A stretch of 64,000 bases of DNA from Centroscyllium fabricii. Its lineage: Eukaryota. The notes under the pieces are model-generated. The model saw only the letters and a program-made list of their open reading frames with translations. It made no database searches and had not been told where the DNA came from. This document shows, piece after piece, positions 23,455-36,990 of this stretch. Every line of letters starts with the position of its first letter. The stretch's first letter is position 1. The stretch is taken from the NCBI GenBank assembly GCA_051313645.2, contig JBNRSN020000003.1, positions 517,762,001 to 517,826,000 of the forward strand. Direction: 5' to 3'. The position numbers were made by a program, and so were the translations under genes.

Positions 23455-24860
23455 ACAGCTTACATTTATAAAGCGCCTTTAACATAAGAGGCATTTTACA
23501 GGAGCGTTATCTGAGCGACATAAGGAGATATGAGGGCAGATGACCAAAAGCTTGGTCAGAGGTAAGAACATAAGAAATAGGAGCAGGAGTAGGCCAATCG
23601 GCCCCTCGAGCCTGCTCCGCCATTCAACAAGATCATGGCTGATCTGATCCTAACCTCAATATTATTTTTACTCTCCACCCCGCCCAGACCAATGTGATCA
23701 CCTGGGAGAGGTGAAAAACCAGATTAAAAAACAGTAGCCAATTTTGGAGAAAAAAAATAATCAGGAAAATTCCTCTCCAACCCATCTAGGCGATCGAAAA
23801 CTGGTCCAGGAGATCACATGGCCGATCTGAACCTAGCCTCACGTCCACTTACCAGCCCGTTCACCATAACCCCTAATTCCCTTTAATTCCAGGAAATTGT
23901 CTATCTCAGTTTTAAATTTATTCAACGTAGTAGCTTCTACAGCTCTCTGGGGCAGCAAATTCCACAGCCGCACCACCCTCTGAGTAAAGAAGTTCCCCCT
24001 CATCTCAGTTTTGAAATGGGAGCCCCTTATTTTAAGATTATGCCCCCTGCTGTCCATATCCTAACTCGCACCAAGACCCATCACCCCTGTGCTCACTGAC
24101 CTACATTGGCTCCCGGTTAAGTAACACCTCGAGTAACAAACTAGGTAAGTTTTAAGGAGCGTTATAAAAGGAGGAAAGAAAGGTAGAAAGGCGGAGAGGT
24201 TTAGGGAGGGAATTCCAGAGATTAGTGTTCAGTAGCTGAAACCACGACCACCAACGGTGGAGTGATTAAAATTGGGGATGCGCAAGAGGTCAAAATTAGA
24301 GGAGCGCAGATATCTCGAAGGGTTGTAGGGCTGGAGGAAGTTACAGAAATAGGGACAAGGCCATGGAGTACTTTGAAAACAAGGATGAGAATTTTAAAAT
24401 CGAGGTGTTACTTAACCGGGAGCCAATGTAGGTCAGTGAGCACAGGGGTGATGGGTCTTGGTGCGAGTTAGGATATGGACAGCAGGGATTTGGATGAGCT
24501 TAAGTTTATGGACGGTGGAAGTGTAATAGTCAAATCTAAAGGTAACATATGGATGTGGGTTTCAGCAGCAGATGGGCTGAGGCAAGGACGGAGTCGGGTG
24601 ATGTTACTGAGGTGTAAGCAGGTGGCCTTAGTGATGGCACGGATACGTGGTCGGTAGCTCATCTCACGGTCAGATACGACACCAAGGTTGTGAACAGTCT
24701 GGTTCAGTCTTAGACAGTTGCCAGGGAGAGTTAGTGTTTAGGGAATGGAGTTAGTGGTGGGGACCGGAGACAATGGCTTCAGTCTTCCTGATATTTAGTT
24801 GGAGGAAATTTCTGCACATCCAGTATTGGATGTCTGACAATTTAGAGACAGCAGAGGTGT
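23455..24860 (-). mobile_element. L2 LINE fragment, interrupted by a CR1 composite insertion
   Basis: L2-type tail near 23458-23480; HLSNITRLRPCLSPSAAET in ORF 24468-24662. Confidence 0.75.
23567..24142 (-). mobile_element. CR1 3' fragment plus a captured inverted local segment
   Basis: TSD AGGTAAG at 23560-23566 and 24143-24149; NFFTQRVVRLWN; 24045-24132 is the reverse complement of 24400-24487. Confidence 0.88.
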
Positions 24861-25414
24861 CGAGAGAGCCCCAGAAACTAGAGAGAAATAATGACCTTTA
24901 CATCTTTTACAATCTATTTTTGTTTATTTTTACCATTTGTATCATACACTGGGAAATAATCAGCACAACAGCTTTGATTTTAATATTCATTTGTAACATT
25001 GTCAGTTTCTGCTTAGTCATCCCACCAAAGTATTCAAATGAGTTTTTGTGCTGCAGTGCAGATATCACTAATGGTTATTTTTACTCAAGGGTTATATCCC
25101 TGGAGAAAACAAATAAAGGGGATGCAGTAAAATACAACAATGATGAGTGCACTGGAAGGCACACAGAACTGAAGAAACTTGCTCTCTTTGTATCCATGAT
25201 TTCCCCTGGGTCAGGCAGAAAATCTTCATTCCAAGTGTTTCTGCTCGTCCAAAATGTATTCATACAAATTATACAACATTGTAAAGGAGATGCAATTTTG
25301 CAATTCCAAGCATTACTGATTTTCCTTCAAGGATCTTAAAATATGCTAATTGCAGTAATTTGCGAGGCTTGGATTGCTCATATTAATGTGCCACTGTACG
25401 TGTCAGTACTTACC

Positions 25415-25799
25415 CGGCACGGTGGCACAGTGGTTAGCATTGGTGTCTCACAGCACTGGAGACCCGGGTTCAAATCCGGCCTCGGGTACTATCTGTGCGG
25501 AGTTTGCATTCTCCCCGTGTCTGCGTGGGTTTCCTCCGGGTGCTCCGGTTTCCTCCCACAGTCCAAAGATGTGCGGGTTAGGTTGATTGGCCATGATAAA
25601 TTGACCCGTAGTGCTAGGGGGATTGAATATATGGGGATAGGGTTGGATATGTGTCGATGCAGGCTCAATAGAGATTTGGGAAGAGGGCAGGGGTGGGGTG
25701 CTGGGTTTGGATGATCAGCCATGATCTCATTGAATGGCGGAGCAGGCTCGAAGGGCCGAATGGCCTACTCCTGCTCCTAGTTTCTGTGTTTCTATGTTT
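25415..25799 (+). mobile_element. HE1-like tRNA-SINE
   Basis: A/B-box head and CR1-derived tail. Confidence 0.9.
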
Positions 25800-26457
25800 A
25801 AAAAAATTACTACACGGAGTCCTGAAGACTTTTTATTTGCCAATTTCATCCCGCTCTCTGGGCATTGCTTTCTTGCCAAGTATGGCTCCACATGCTTGAG
25901 TCACGACAGTGAATGTCCTGAGGTTAGTAAGCTGTGGGGGCCATCACGGACAAGCTCAATTATTCCTCCCCCACTTTCCACACACACATTTTTATCAGGG
26001 TTGTTGATTAGAGTAGGAACTCGATCTGATTTTCCTCTCCCTAATCCCGGTTGCTGAGGCCAATTGTGCTACTTCTACTACTCCACCTGCTGTTACCAGC
26101 TAACTCAGCATAAACCAGGCATTGGACCTGGCACCTTTTTGAGCTGTACGACTAGCTGCATCCTGGATAAAACCACTAAACCATCAGGGGAGCCAAGTCC
26201 TTAGGAATCTTGAGGCACTTTTAAGGCATCTGTGACACAATATAGAAAGCATTGTAGTTAAAATACACTAACAAAGAGCACCTCACCTTATTTTAACCCC
26301 TTAAAGCTTAAGAACTGGGTCAAGTAACTAGTCTTAGCTGGCATAGTGGTATTGGTGCCTCAACTATCACTGCCGGGCTAGGGACGAAAAAATCTGAAAT
26401 AACAGAAAGTGCTGGAAAAACTCAACAGGCCAGGCAACATCCGTGGAGAGAAATATA

Positions 26458-27258
26458 GGCCGAAAAATTGGCGCCTTAGTGCCGGGCCTTTAGCGCCGAC
26501 GTAGTGTCCAAATTAGCGCCGGGCGCTAAATTGGCATGATGGTTAGTGCTGGCGCTAAACGCTAGCGCTGCCTGACGATCAACAATCGTCGTGGCAACGC
26601 GTGTGCAACGGCCGCCACCGGCCGTTATTGGCCTTAGCACCTTTGCAGCACCACCCGCACTATTAGCGACAGCTTTTGCAAGCGCTGCAGCGACTTTGAG
26701 TGGCCGCTTCAGCGCTGCTAAGGGCCACTGTCCCTCTTCGGCCCGAGTGCGGCCAGCTGATGGGGGGAGTCGGCCTGAGCAGCCAATTGATGAGAGAGCG
26801 GGGAGGGGGTCCGGCTCTCTGATCAGTGGCGTCTCGGAGAGAGCGGGGAGGGGGTCGCCGCAACCCACCAAGACACAAATGATCAGAGAGCCGCACCCCC
26901 TCCCCGCTCTCTCCGAGACGCCACTGATCAGAGAGACGGACCCCCTCCCCGCTCTCTCCGAGACGCAACTGCTCAGACAGCACGGAGAACAGCTGCTGTT
27001 CCCCCTTTAATGCCTCATCGGCTGCAGAGGCGAAGGGGAAGCAAGCAGTTAGTCAGGGAGCGCTGCGCCCTGGAACGGCCATTAGCGCCGGGAAATTAGC
27101 CGCCTGACTCTCGTGCAAGGTGGGAATTTGCACCGAAATCTTCAGGGCCGCCGCTAGCGGCAATTTCGGACCTGTCAGTGCTAATTTAGCGACGGCGTAA
27201 AATTTTTGCACAGCGCCAAATTTAGCGCCCATTTTGTGCACTGACGAATTTTTCGGCC
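26458..27258. mobile_element. Harbinger-type MITE inserted in a Penelope terminus
   Basis: TIR GGCCGAAAAATT...AATTTTTCGGCC; ATA on both flanks; the host PLE continues at 27259. Confidence 0.8.
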
Positions 27259-28329
27259 ATAGAGTCGATGTTTCTGGTTCAGACCCTTTGTCAAGACTAA
27301 AGCCAGGAAATGAAAGAGGTAGTAAGGCCGGGGGAGCTGGGAGGGAACAGAAAACAAAAGAAGAGAGAACAAAGAGAAAAGACGTTAAGAGGTATTCAAT
27401 GCAAATTATCTGCTTGGATTCCCAAACAGTGATTCTTGCTAGAAGGTATGTGCGTGTGTATACATGTTTGGATGTTGGGTGATGATCTGGCTTGACTGTG
27501 GTGCCCTTCATCACCATTTTGCTTCACACATAAAAATGACCCCTTCGGAGAGGTACTACAGATTAGCAAGTACCTAAGGAACTGTCCTCCAGCACCACTC
27601 AATGGTTTCAGGACAAACAGGGAGAATAAGTAGACAGAAAATGAAAAAGAAACTAAAGAAAGGCTACGAGGTTCTGTACTTTCATAAACATACAAGCTTA
27701 CACTAGTTTACATCATTACATTGACCATTAAACATTAAAATGTTGCATAACAATGTAAGAAAGGTTGTAAATGCCTCCAAAACAGAGTTAATAATCACGT
27801 CTAGAACTGTGAAGGCAGTATTGTCAAAGATGACATGCAATACAAATAACAAACATGGCATTATATATGAGTTTGTTGGATTGTGTCAACCAATTTGAGA
27901 TGCAGGCTACAAATGGAAGCAGATTCTGATTAATACTGCTGAGAATTTGTTATAGTGCGAGAATCTGAAATGGCCTAGAAAATCGATGAGCATCCACTGA
28001 AATAGCACCCAGGGCCTTTTGTGACCTAGTTACTCACCAAGTTGGTAAAAGTTTATTTGGTAAGGGGGGGGCACTGACTTTCTGTAATTGTTGGCATTAT
28101 TCAACTCAGTCTAATACAGCTCTACCTCTACCGGAGCAAATTAAGGAGATCTAAAATAAGGGGTACAATTTCCTGTAGCAGTCTAATTGGGAAGTTATGC
28201 TCATTCATATCGATTTTGTGGGTCAATTTATGCTGAAATTGAATGTGCACCTAATTAGACTGCGTCAGAGAGTAAAAAATTAGCGTCATTACAACGTAAC
28301 TCTAAAATGCCCTCTGGTTTCGTGATATA

Positions 28330-28978
28330 TCAAATAGGGGCTGAGGTGGAAAGGGCGTCCAGCTTCAAGTTCCTCGGGGTCCACATCTCAGAAGATCTCT
28401 CCTGGTCACTAAACACCTCCTCTCTGGTTAAGAAGGCCCAACAGCGCCTGTACTTCCTAAGGAAGCTGAAGAAAGCCAGGCTGTCATCCGGCATCCTCTC
28501 CAACTTCTACCGCTGCACAATAGAAAGCATACTGACAAGCTGCATCACTGTCTGGTATGGTAATTGCACTATCTCGGACCGGAAAACCCTGCAGCGGGTA
28601 GTCAAAACTGCCCAACGAATTACCGGTACACAGCTACCGTCAATGGAAAGCATCTACCTCAAACGCTGCTTACGGAGGTCTATGAACATTATTAAAGACC
28701 CCACACACCCCAGCCACAGTCTGTTCGCCCCCCTGCCCTCCGGGAGACGCTACAGAGCAATTTGCACCCGCACGACTAGATTTCAGAACAGCTTCTTCCC
28801 CAGGGCTGTCAGCCTCCTGAACTCTAAAAAGAAACTCCGGTACCTGCACGCCTGATAATGTACTTTACTGTATGCAATTTGCATGTAATTTATTTGCACT
28901 ACTCTCGGGAGAGTCGAGTCTTCGTCTCGTTGTATTGTACTAGTACTCTGCAATGACAATAAAACTTGAATTGAATTG
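28330..28978 (+). mobile_element. Rex1/Babar-type element, 3' fragment with open ORF end
   Basis: ORF 28307-28855: SFKFLGVHIS...LPSGRRYR...RFQNSFFPRAV; AATAAA plus (TTGAA)n tail. Confidence 0.9.
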
Positions 28979-29945
28979 TCCCGACAGTCAAAATTCTCTA
29001 CATTTTGCCAAATTAATCACTCACCACTCCTAATTCTACTAATAATACTCTCGTTAACTGGGTTGTAAAGAGAACAGACAGAATGTTTTGCTTGCTCTTC
29101 ATAATCTAGGTTTATAAAAATGAGATTATTTTTCTTGACTTTGACACACAGTAGCATGAAAGGATAGTATCACACCTCTTTCCAAATACGTCACCCAGCT
29201 TTCTCTCCTTATTTTAACAATCAATTTTAACTTCAACATCACTGAAAGTTCACAAAACTTCTTTTAATCTAAAGTTACGTATTTAGGGGCCTTTTAAAGC
29301 AATATAATGCCACTACTGTGGACGCTCCACCCGTGTATTCTATAAATTGCGTCTTGCTTGGGTCAAATGGATTATATTTGAAGATACTGATGAAATGACG
29401 TCTTTAACTTGTCTGTTGTACAATGTAACGATTGCACCCCAGGTACAAGTGAAGGTATTTTCTAGTCTTTCATTGTGCAAAAATACTCACTGATTTATTG
29501 ATCCACATTTTACAGCTTGATGAATTAAATGAGCACACAAAGGACTGATCATCCTCAGTTGGTGGATTAATAATACTAGTCTACTAATCAGTGGATTCTT
29601 AATTATGGCATAAACCATTGGGCAATAGAACACATTCACAGATGTTTAACTGTAAGGTTACATCAACGTGATCACAAAGTCTCAATAAAGATGTTAAATG
29701 TTAAGAGTTATGTAAAGATATTTTACTGTATAAGTTTTTGTTTTGCTCGATTTCAAAGAATAACATTTAGCGATAGGCTGCTTGGATCAGTATCAGCGCA
29801 GTTATTACTGCTGGCACAAGCAGAAAGAGCTTGGCTGCAGTTCTACTCATTGTAGCTCCATCCCTGATAATGGCAAAATACAGACTGAATCAAACTAATA
29901 GAAACATTTATTAAGCCTCGTTTTGCTGAAGCTTTTGTTACCACC

Positions 29946-30145
29946 TGTTGTGTATGTGCCTTTAAGAAATTATACTGGGCACTACTTTATGTGGCGCCGT
30001 AATACTGCAGTACCGCGGTCTACCACAAGTGTATATAAGTTCGTACGTGGAGCGATATGCTCAGTTCCAAACTCTGTAATGGTTGAATAAACATCTCCTT
30101 GTTTCATACCTTGGAGTCTAGTCAGTTGTTATAAGACATATAGCA
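29946..30145 (+). mobile_element. Probable solo LTR
   Basis: TGTTGTGTATGT...ACATATAGCA termini, internal TATATAA and AATAAA; no matching TSD seen. Confidence 0.5.
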
Positions 30146-30151
30146 CGGACT

Positions 30152-30527
30152 CGGTGGCACAGTGGTTAGCACTATTGTCTCACAGCACTGGAGACCCGGG
30201 TTCAAATCCAGCCTCGGGTACTATCTGTGTGGAGTTTGCACATTCTCCCCGTGTCTGCGTGGGTTTCCTCCGGGTGCTCCGGTTTCCTCCCACAGTCCAA
30301 AGATGTGCGGGTTAGGTTGATTGGCCATGATAAATTGACCCTTAGTGTTAAGGGGATTGAATATGTGGGGTTACGGGGATAGGGTGTCGATGCAGGCTCG
30401 ATAGGGATCGAGGCATATGGGGAGAGGGCAGGGGCGGGGTACTGGGTTTGGATGATCAGCCATGATCTCATTGAATGGCGGAGCAGGCTCGAAGGGCCGA
30501 ATGGCCTACTCCTGCTCCTAGTTTCTG
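30152..30527 (+). mobile_element. HE1-like tRNA-SINE
   Basis: Same head and tail as the other copies. Confidence 0.9.
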
Positions 30528-30669
30528 TGACTCAACATCACCCTTTTCTGCTTTACATAGAAGTGTGATGAATACAGTATGGCCAACAGCGCTGCATTAA
30601 TTAAAAGGTAGGTCAGAGGGAAAGAAACTTCGAAGTTGGTAGGATCGATGAATAAAAATTCAGTTTATA

Positions 30670-30972
30670 CAGGTTGAGCACCGTTAATCCGGCACCAGGC
30701 TGGACCACTGAAAATTCTGAACCACTGAAGGTTCGGGGGGAGCGCGCGGTAGAACACTCCCCGGGGCCTGGAGTGCGCGGGTAGAACACTCCCCGGGAGG
30801 GAGCCCGGGGATAGAACACTTACAAGCTCTAAAAAAAACCAGAAAAAAACCAAACGCCCGACGCCTTCGGTGCTAGCACACCCTTTGCGGGAAACGGTGG
30901 CGCAAAATGAAGAGCGCTGGTTTCCAATCGTGCCGGACCACTGAAGGTGCCGGACCACCGGTGCTCAACCTG
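30670..30972. mobile_element. TA-flanked Tc1/pogo-type MITE (subtype B)
   Basis: TA-CAGGTTGAGCACC...GGTGCTCAACCTG-TA; internal repeats of TAGAACACTCCCCGGG. Confidence 0.88.
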
Positions 30973-31260
30973 TACCAAGTTTGGAGTTGTCGCTGTCCAT
31001 GAAAAACGTTTAAATTGAGATTAAAGGAGCTGTATGTCGTATTTTGGCACAACTGATAAAAACAATAATTCAACTACACAAATGTTGATTATGTTCAGAT
31101 TCGTACAAACCTATAAAAAAAAAAGCCACCAGAGGATTCCAGCAAAAAATAATGACAGTTCAGTGGGTAAACGTGGTGCAGCACTGAGCCATATAGACCA
31201 AGAAGGTTTGAATGCCTGGTTTGTGTTAAATTAGCTGTGCTTACCTGGGGTAGAGACAAT

Positions 31261-32084
31261 GGGCCAGAAATTTGGGTGCCTCGCACCAGTTGCACCCGCA
31301 CGGAGGGGGGCCAATATGCCCCATGCGATGATCGCACGGGGCATGCCCATGGATCGGAGCATTCTGATGCTGAGGGAGAAGAGGCCTCAGCATGGAACGC
31401 ACAAAAGAATTGCACCCAAAAATCCCGATGTTTTTGGGTGTGATTCTGTGCGTTCATCTGTGGGCAAATGGGCTCTGAGCTGCACGGGAAAAAAGGATCC
31501 GTAACCCGTGCGTTGGTGAGAGCAGTGCGTTCCTAAACAAGGTAAATGACTTTTTAAATTTAAATTTTAAGTATTTATCAATTTTTTGGAGTAACGTGGC
31601 CAGATCGCTAACATTAAATTTTGCTGTTAAAGTTTAAAATTTTTTTTTAAATCCGAATTCCAATTGTTATACCTATTCCAAATCGCTAATTTTTAAATTT
31701 TAAGTTCTGAAATTTTAAACTATTTAGTTAAGTTAAAAAACTAAGAGAAAAAATGGCTGAGACTTACCTCGAGTGAAAAGCTGCTCACTGCCGAGTCTGT
31801 GGGTGCAGCGCCTCACGTTCCTGCTCTCTAAGAGGTCCGACTCTGAAACAGGGGGCGTTTTTTATTTAAATTAGGGATCTGTGGGCGGGGCATCACTGTT
31901 ACGCACGCACGACGGCAGCGCATATACTGCGCTCCTAGCGTGGCTGGACTGCCACGCAGCGCAGGAACGGGACGGAGCCAACTGGAAGGTCTGGACGTAA
32001 AAAAAGTGCGATGTTGGTGCGGTGCTATAGGTGTCCGTAGGGTCCTTGCACCCGCACCAACCGGCACACCCGAATTTCTGGCCC
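31261..32084. mobile_element. Harbinger-type MITE
   Basis: TIR GGGCCAGAAATT(T/C)GGGTG; TSD AAT. Confidence 0.85.
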
Positions 32085-32328
32085 AATATAATTGAAATCA
32101 GTGTTCCTGGAGAAAGGAAGAAAATAAATCAGCTGATGCTTGTACTCCTAATATTGAATACCCTTTCTTGACTGTATGTGCATACAGGTCTTCATTGTCT
32201 CTCCCACTGCTGCTATGGGACAGGACCACTATTCTGCAGGTCCGTGGGCTGAAAACGCTAAAGCAACATATTATTGCTTATTTCCCTATTACTCATGCAG
32301 TGGGCCAGCTGATTTAAGAAATTTATTA

Positions 32329-32699
32329 CAGGTTGAGCACCGGTAATCCAGCACCCTCGGGACCAGGCCGGTGCCGGACCACTGAAAATTCCGAACCACT
32401 GAAGGTTTGGGTAGAACGCGCGGGTAGAACACTCCCCGGGGCCCGGAGCGTGCGGGTATAACACTCCCCGGGGCCCGGAGCGTGCGGGTATAACACTCCC
32501 CGGGAGGGAGCCCGGGGATGGAACACTTACAAGCCTTAAAAAAACAAACCCAAGCGCCTTCGGCGCTCGCCCACCCTTCGCGGGAAACGGTGGTGCCGCC
32601 GAGCGGCTACTCCGCAAACCGAAGACCGCTGGTTTTGATTCGTGCCGGACCACTGAAGGTGCCTGACCATCGGGTGCCGGATTACCGGAGCTCAACCTG
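32329..32699. mobile_element. TA-flanked MITE (subtype B)
   Basis: CAGGTTGAGC...GCTCAACCTG, TA flanks; similar to 30670-30972. Confidence 0.88.
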
Positions 32700-33590
32700 T
32701 ATTCCAATCTTATAACAGTTGGAAAGTTAGCAAAAGAAAATTAAGCTCCTATTGAGGATGAATTAAAAAGTTAACATATTAAACTACTTCCTGCAGTAAT
32801 CACTGGAGGTGCTAAACTTACAACTTTGGCATCACTTGCAAAGGAGGTCTTAGGCAGGTCAAGGACAGCTGAATGATTGTTGAATACAAGAAACATCCGG
32901 CTGGACTGAAAACAGACTGTTTTCAAAAAAAGTGACAAATTAAACCTGGATAACTACATTACTCCAACATCAGTGACCAGCAAAATAATGGAACTGATTA
33001 GGAACAAACTGGAGGATTACTGATATGAAATTCCCACTGCCATTATTTGGAAACTTACAGATTTAGAGAAGTTGACAGATTTAATGAAACAATCGTTTAG
33101 CTAGAAGGGCTGGGAATGAAGACATCGTAAGACTTAGAAATCTGGGAGAGTCTAGAGCTATTGAAGCTTATACTGATGCAATTACTGGTGAGAAGACAGC
33201 ACTAGGGATGGAACTTCAACAAAATCAGACATATCTCAAAATTGGAGAAGGTTCAAACAGTATAAATGGATGCCATTTTTACACCAAGCCTAAGGCCAAT
33301 CATGCTTCATAAACAATACAATTTTGATTAGGTTTTAAAATATTACTAATTTATTAAGGCATTGCTTAAGTTCAATATTTACCTTGTCCGTACAATAGCC
33401 ACGGCAGACCACACATCATAAAAACTTATGTGAGGTGGTATTAGAAACAAAGATTTCTGGTGGGTGCCTCAGAGTACACCAGAATAAAACGCCACAGCAA
33501 AATCCTTGGAAGACTAAAAGACAGGTTGTACGAAGGCATTCGTTGAACCAAGTTTGCAACCAACAGGTGACTCATTACAGAAACCCGATA

Positions 33591-33970
33591 CAGGCTGTGC
33601 ACCGTTAATCCGTTACCCGATAAGCCGGCAGCTTCAGTCTTCCGGAACAAACTGCCCCCACTGCCCTGTGCATGCACAAAATAGCCGCCGCGATTGATGC
33701 TTCAGTGAATGATCTGCGCATGTGCTGCCGAACAGCGAGCGCATGCGCAGATCATTCACAATGGCCGCCGCAAAGTTTTTAATGATCTGCGCATGCGCTG
33801 CCGAACGATCCCGGGCTGGGCCTTCCCGAGCCGGGCCTTACCCAGCCTCCGAGAGCCGGGCCTTACCGAACGATAAGCGCATGCGCTCGCTGAAGCTTCA
33901 ATCGTTCGGGATTTTCACTTTCCCGGCACGGGCCTGGTCCTGACTGTGCCAGATTAATGGTGCTCAACCT
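33591..33970. mobile_element. TA-flanked MITE (subtype A, GCGCATGCGC-rich)
   Basis: Degenerate CAGG..GCACCGTTAATC TIRs. Confidence 0.8.
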
Positions 33971-34606
33971 AGTGTTCTCTGCAGAGGGATGAGGGATAGT
34001 GGGTGATGTGACAGTTCAAAAATAGCTATGCACCTTTATAGCGATGACTAAAATGATGGGGGTTGGGGGAGTAAAAGAGAAAATGACCTTTTCTATGGTT
34101 GTTTCAATTCTGACTTTCGTAGCTTCGGAAGTTAACTACCTGCTTTATTTTTGTCCTTTTCTCCCAGTCACTTCCATTTTGGTGTTATTTTCTTATACAT
34201 CTTGTCCCTGTCCTTTCACTACCTTACTTATTTCATACTCTTTTGTTGGGGAGAGTACGTTTTGTGATGCACAAGGCATCTCAATTCCATGGAACAGGCT
34301 GGATGGACCAGTAGGTTTTATTCCGTCCATCATTTTCATATGTTCTCCAGACTTTTCATTGCCTCACTGCCATAATCTTCGTATATCATTCCAGGTTTGA
34401 AAATAAAATATGTTTGCTCGCTCTCTCGGACAGAAGTCAACAATCTTGACCTTTGTTCCCTCTTCTTTGCTTTTTCATTTTATACACCCCTATAAAGGGC
34501 GTGTTCATCTTGGGTTCATGCCCCATTCCAGAGACGCTACAGTGCAGCACTGAGGGAGTGCTGCACTGTCAGAGGTGTCATCTTTTAGACCAGACATTAA
34601 CCACCG

Positions 34607-35535
34607 GGGGGGGGGGATTTTTCGGAGGGCCGTGAGTGCGGGTTACTGGCGGGGCGGGGACTAAAATTGCAATTCCGGTGGGCGGGAAGGCACCCCGCCG
34701 GATCCCTGCCCATTTGGGATTTTCGTCGGGCGGATTTTGCCACCCCGCATGTTACCCGCCCGCTGCCGGCGGGGATACAGATTGAGGTCGTTGAGGGCCC
34801 TTAATTGGATGGTTAATCCTATTTTAAGGGCCCTCAGCTATTTTGACCCTCTTCCCACCCAAAAGCCGCCTGGTGAAAACCCCGCTGTAAAAAAGGTGGT
34901 GGGAACCCAGGCGGCTGCCCCCTTCAAGGCATGGGCACAGCACCCACACAGCAGCTTGCTAGCCTCCACCATGCTGGAGGTGCAGCTGCCACCCAAGGGT
35001 GAGAAACTTCAGAGCCCCAAAATATAGAAATCATTCACCTTCAAATTGCTCCTATTCAACAGAGATCGGCATGCTGCACTGTGTCTGCGAGCCCAGCTGT
35101 CAATCACCCAGGGGATCAGTTTCAGTTTACATTCCATTGAAACCACAAACAAACAGTGACTCACTTCAACTGTTTGTTTTGTGGTTTCAAGTGTTCCTTT
35201 CATAGTCTGACTCACAGAGGCTATGTCAACATAGAAACAAAGGCAACACTTCAGATCTGTCAATCAGGCTTAGTGAGTTCTTACTACTCAGGCCTGTCAA
35301 TCAACAGCCCGCCCAACTCAAACTGTGAATGTCCAGCTATGACTCTCCCTCATGTTCCTGCCCATTAGTGTGTATTGGAAGCCATACAGACCAGGGGCGA
35401 TTTAATTGGCCACTTGAGCCAAAATCGCTCGGGCCTCCCAGGTCCGTGGGCGGGCGGCCCAGAAAGCTGACCCGCCCAAAACCTGCCAGCTTCCCACAGC
35501 TTTTTAAAAATTCCCCACCTCTCGGGTGGACGTAA
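34607..35535. mobile_element. GC-rich Harbinger-type MITE splitting a Deu-SINE (about 34505-34600 and 35538-35775)
   Basis: GGGGGATTTT start; SINE halves on both sides; right boundary approximate. Confidence 0.55.
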
Positions 35536-36984
35536 AATATCAAATGGCACTATTTCAAGACCAGCGGAGTTCTCTCAGTGCCCTAGTCAATATTTACCAG
35601 TGTCAGCGAAGCAGATTATCTGGTCATGTATCTGATTGCTGTTTGTGGGATCTTGCTGTTGATCGCCCTGCATTACAACAGTGACTGCACTTTAAAAGTA
35701 TTTAATTGGCTGGGAAGTGCTTTGGGATGTCCTGAGGACGTGAAAGGTGCTATACAAGCGCAAGTTGTTTCTTTCAGCCAGTTCTGACAAAGGATTTACA
35801 CCCACAATGTTAACGTGTCTTTTCTCCTCAGATGCCTACAGACCTGCTGTGCATTTCCAGTGTTTCTTGTTTTTATTTCAGACTTTCAGTATTTGCAGTT
35901 TTGTTCGTCTTATTTGTACTTTCATTACTGTGTTCAGTTCTGGTCACCAAGGCACAACGGAAACATGTAATCGTTAGAAGTGGTGCAGTGGAAACCATGA
36001 AGTTGATCGGTAGTGTCGGAGAGTGTTGGGGAAAGGTTTGAAAAACTTTATGCCTCTAATCAAAATAGAAAAGTTTAGAGAAGTGACCTACAAAATACTA
36101 AGTGGGATAGAAAAGATCAATCTGGACACAGGACATAGGTATAAAGTGGCAAAAGACAAGTTCAGGACTGATGCCAGGAAGTAGTAATTATTATCTGGGA
36201 TGATCTTCTAAGTAGGGTAGTGAAGGCAATAAAAGGAATCATTCAAGAGGCAGATTCTGTGATGGAAAGAATACTGGCTTCTATGGGAAGATAAACTAAA
36301 TGAGGCAACTGGCCATACTCATCTGTATTTATCCGTGATTTCCAAAACATTCAAATAAAAACTAACCTATATCTATATTGGAAATGAAACGACATTAATG
36401 ACTGCTGAAGACATCTTTTGTCTTTTCTTAAATGAAGTTGTTTCCAGTCTTCAAATGCAGATTTTAAATCCACAAATTGTGTGATTTAATTCCATAAAAT
36501 TGTAGTTATACAATGTACACATCATACAAGCTTCAATTCTGTTCAGAGTTTAACTGTATCCTTTTGAAACAAATGACAATGCTTTAAATGGAAGTACACT
36601 ATTAAAATAATGTTCGCACTGCACTCTCAACAGCTGTGGGAAATATAATCATTTTACTAAAACTCTTCAGCTCTGAATTACAAGACAAAAAGGCGAATTG
36701 GTTTGTTGCTGGTCACGTGACAAAAATGTGAAATTCAATGCTGTACAGATCTTTACTCTTCAATGTTAAAAGTACACATTAAAAATCAGCAGCTCAGAAC
36801 TGTCATTTGCAATTTAGACTCAAACATGTTGATTTAAATTCAGTTTCAATCATGATTGAAACAGATATTGTACAACAAATGCCAACGTATCCTCAAAAAT
36901 AGCTCATATCAAAATTAAGCTGCAAACATGTTCAATCTTGGGAGACAAAAAACAGACCCCGCAACAAAGTATCGTTTCATTAAT

Positions 36985-36990
36985 TTTATT
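36985..36990 (-). terminator. Candidate THOC5 polyadenylation signal
   Basis: AATAAA on the minus strand about 150 nt after the stop; more distal sites are possible. Confidence 0.5.

Noticed and set aside
24773-25339. 188-aa plus-strand ORF
   Set aside because: Starts inside an antisense L2 fragment and has no recognisable domain
1-36900. NEFH, which I recall neighbouring THOC5 in human
   Set aside because: No intermediate-filament rod or KSP-repeat coding sequence is visible
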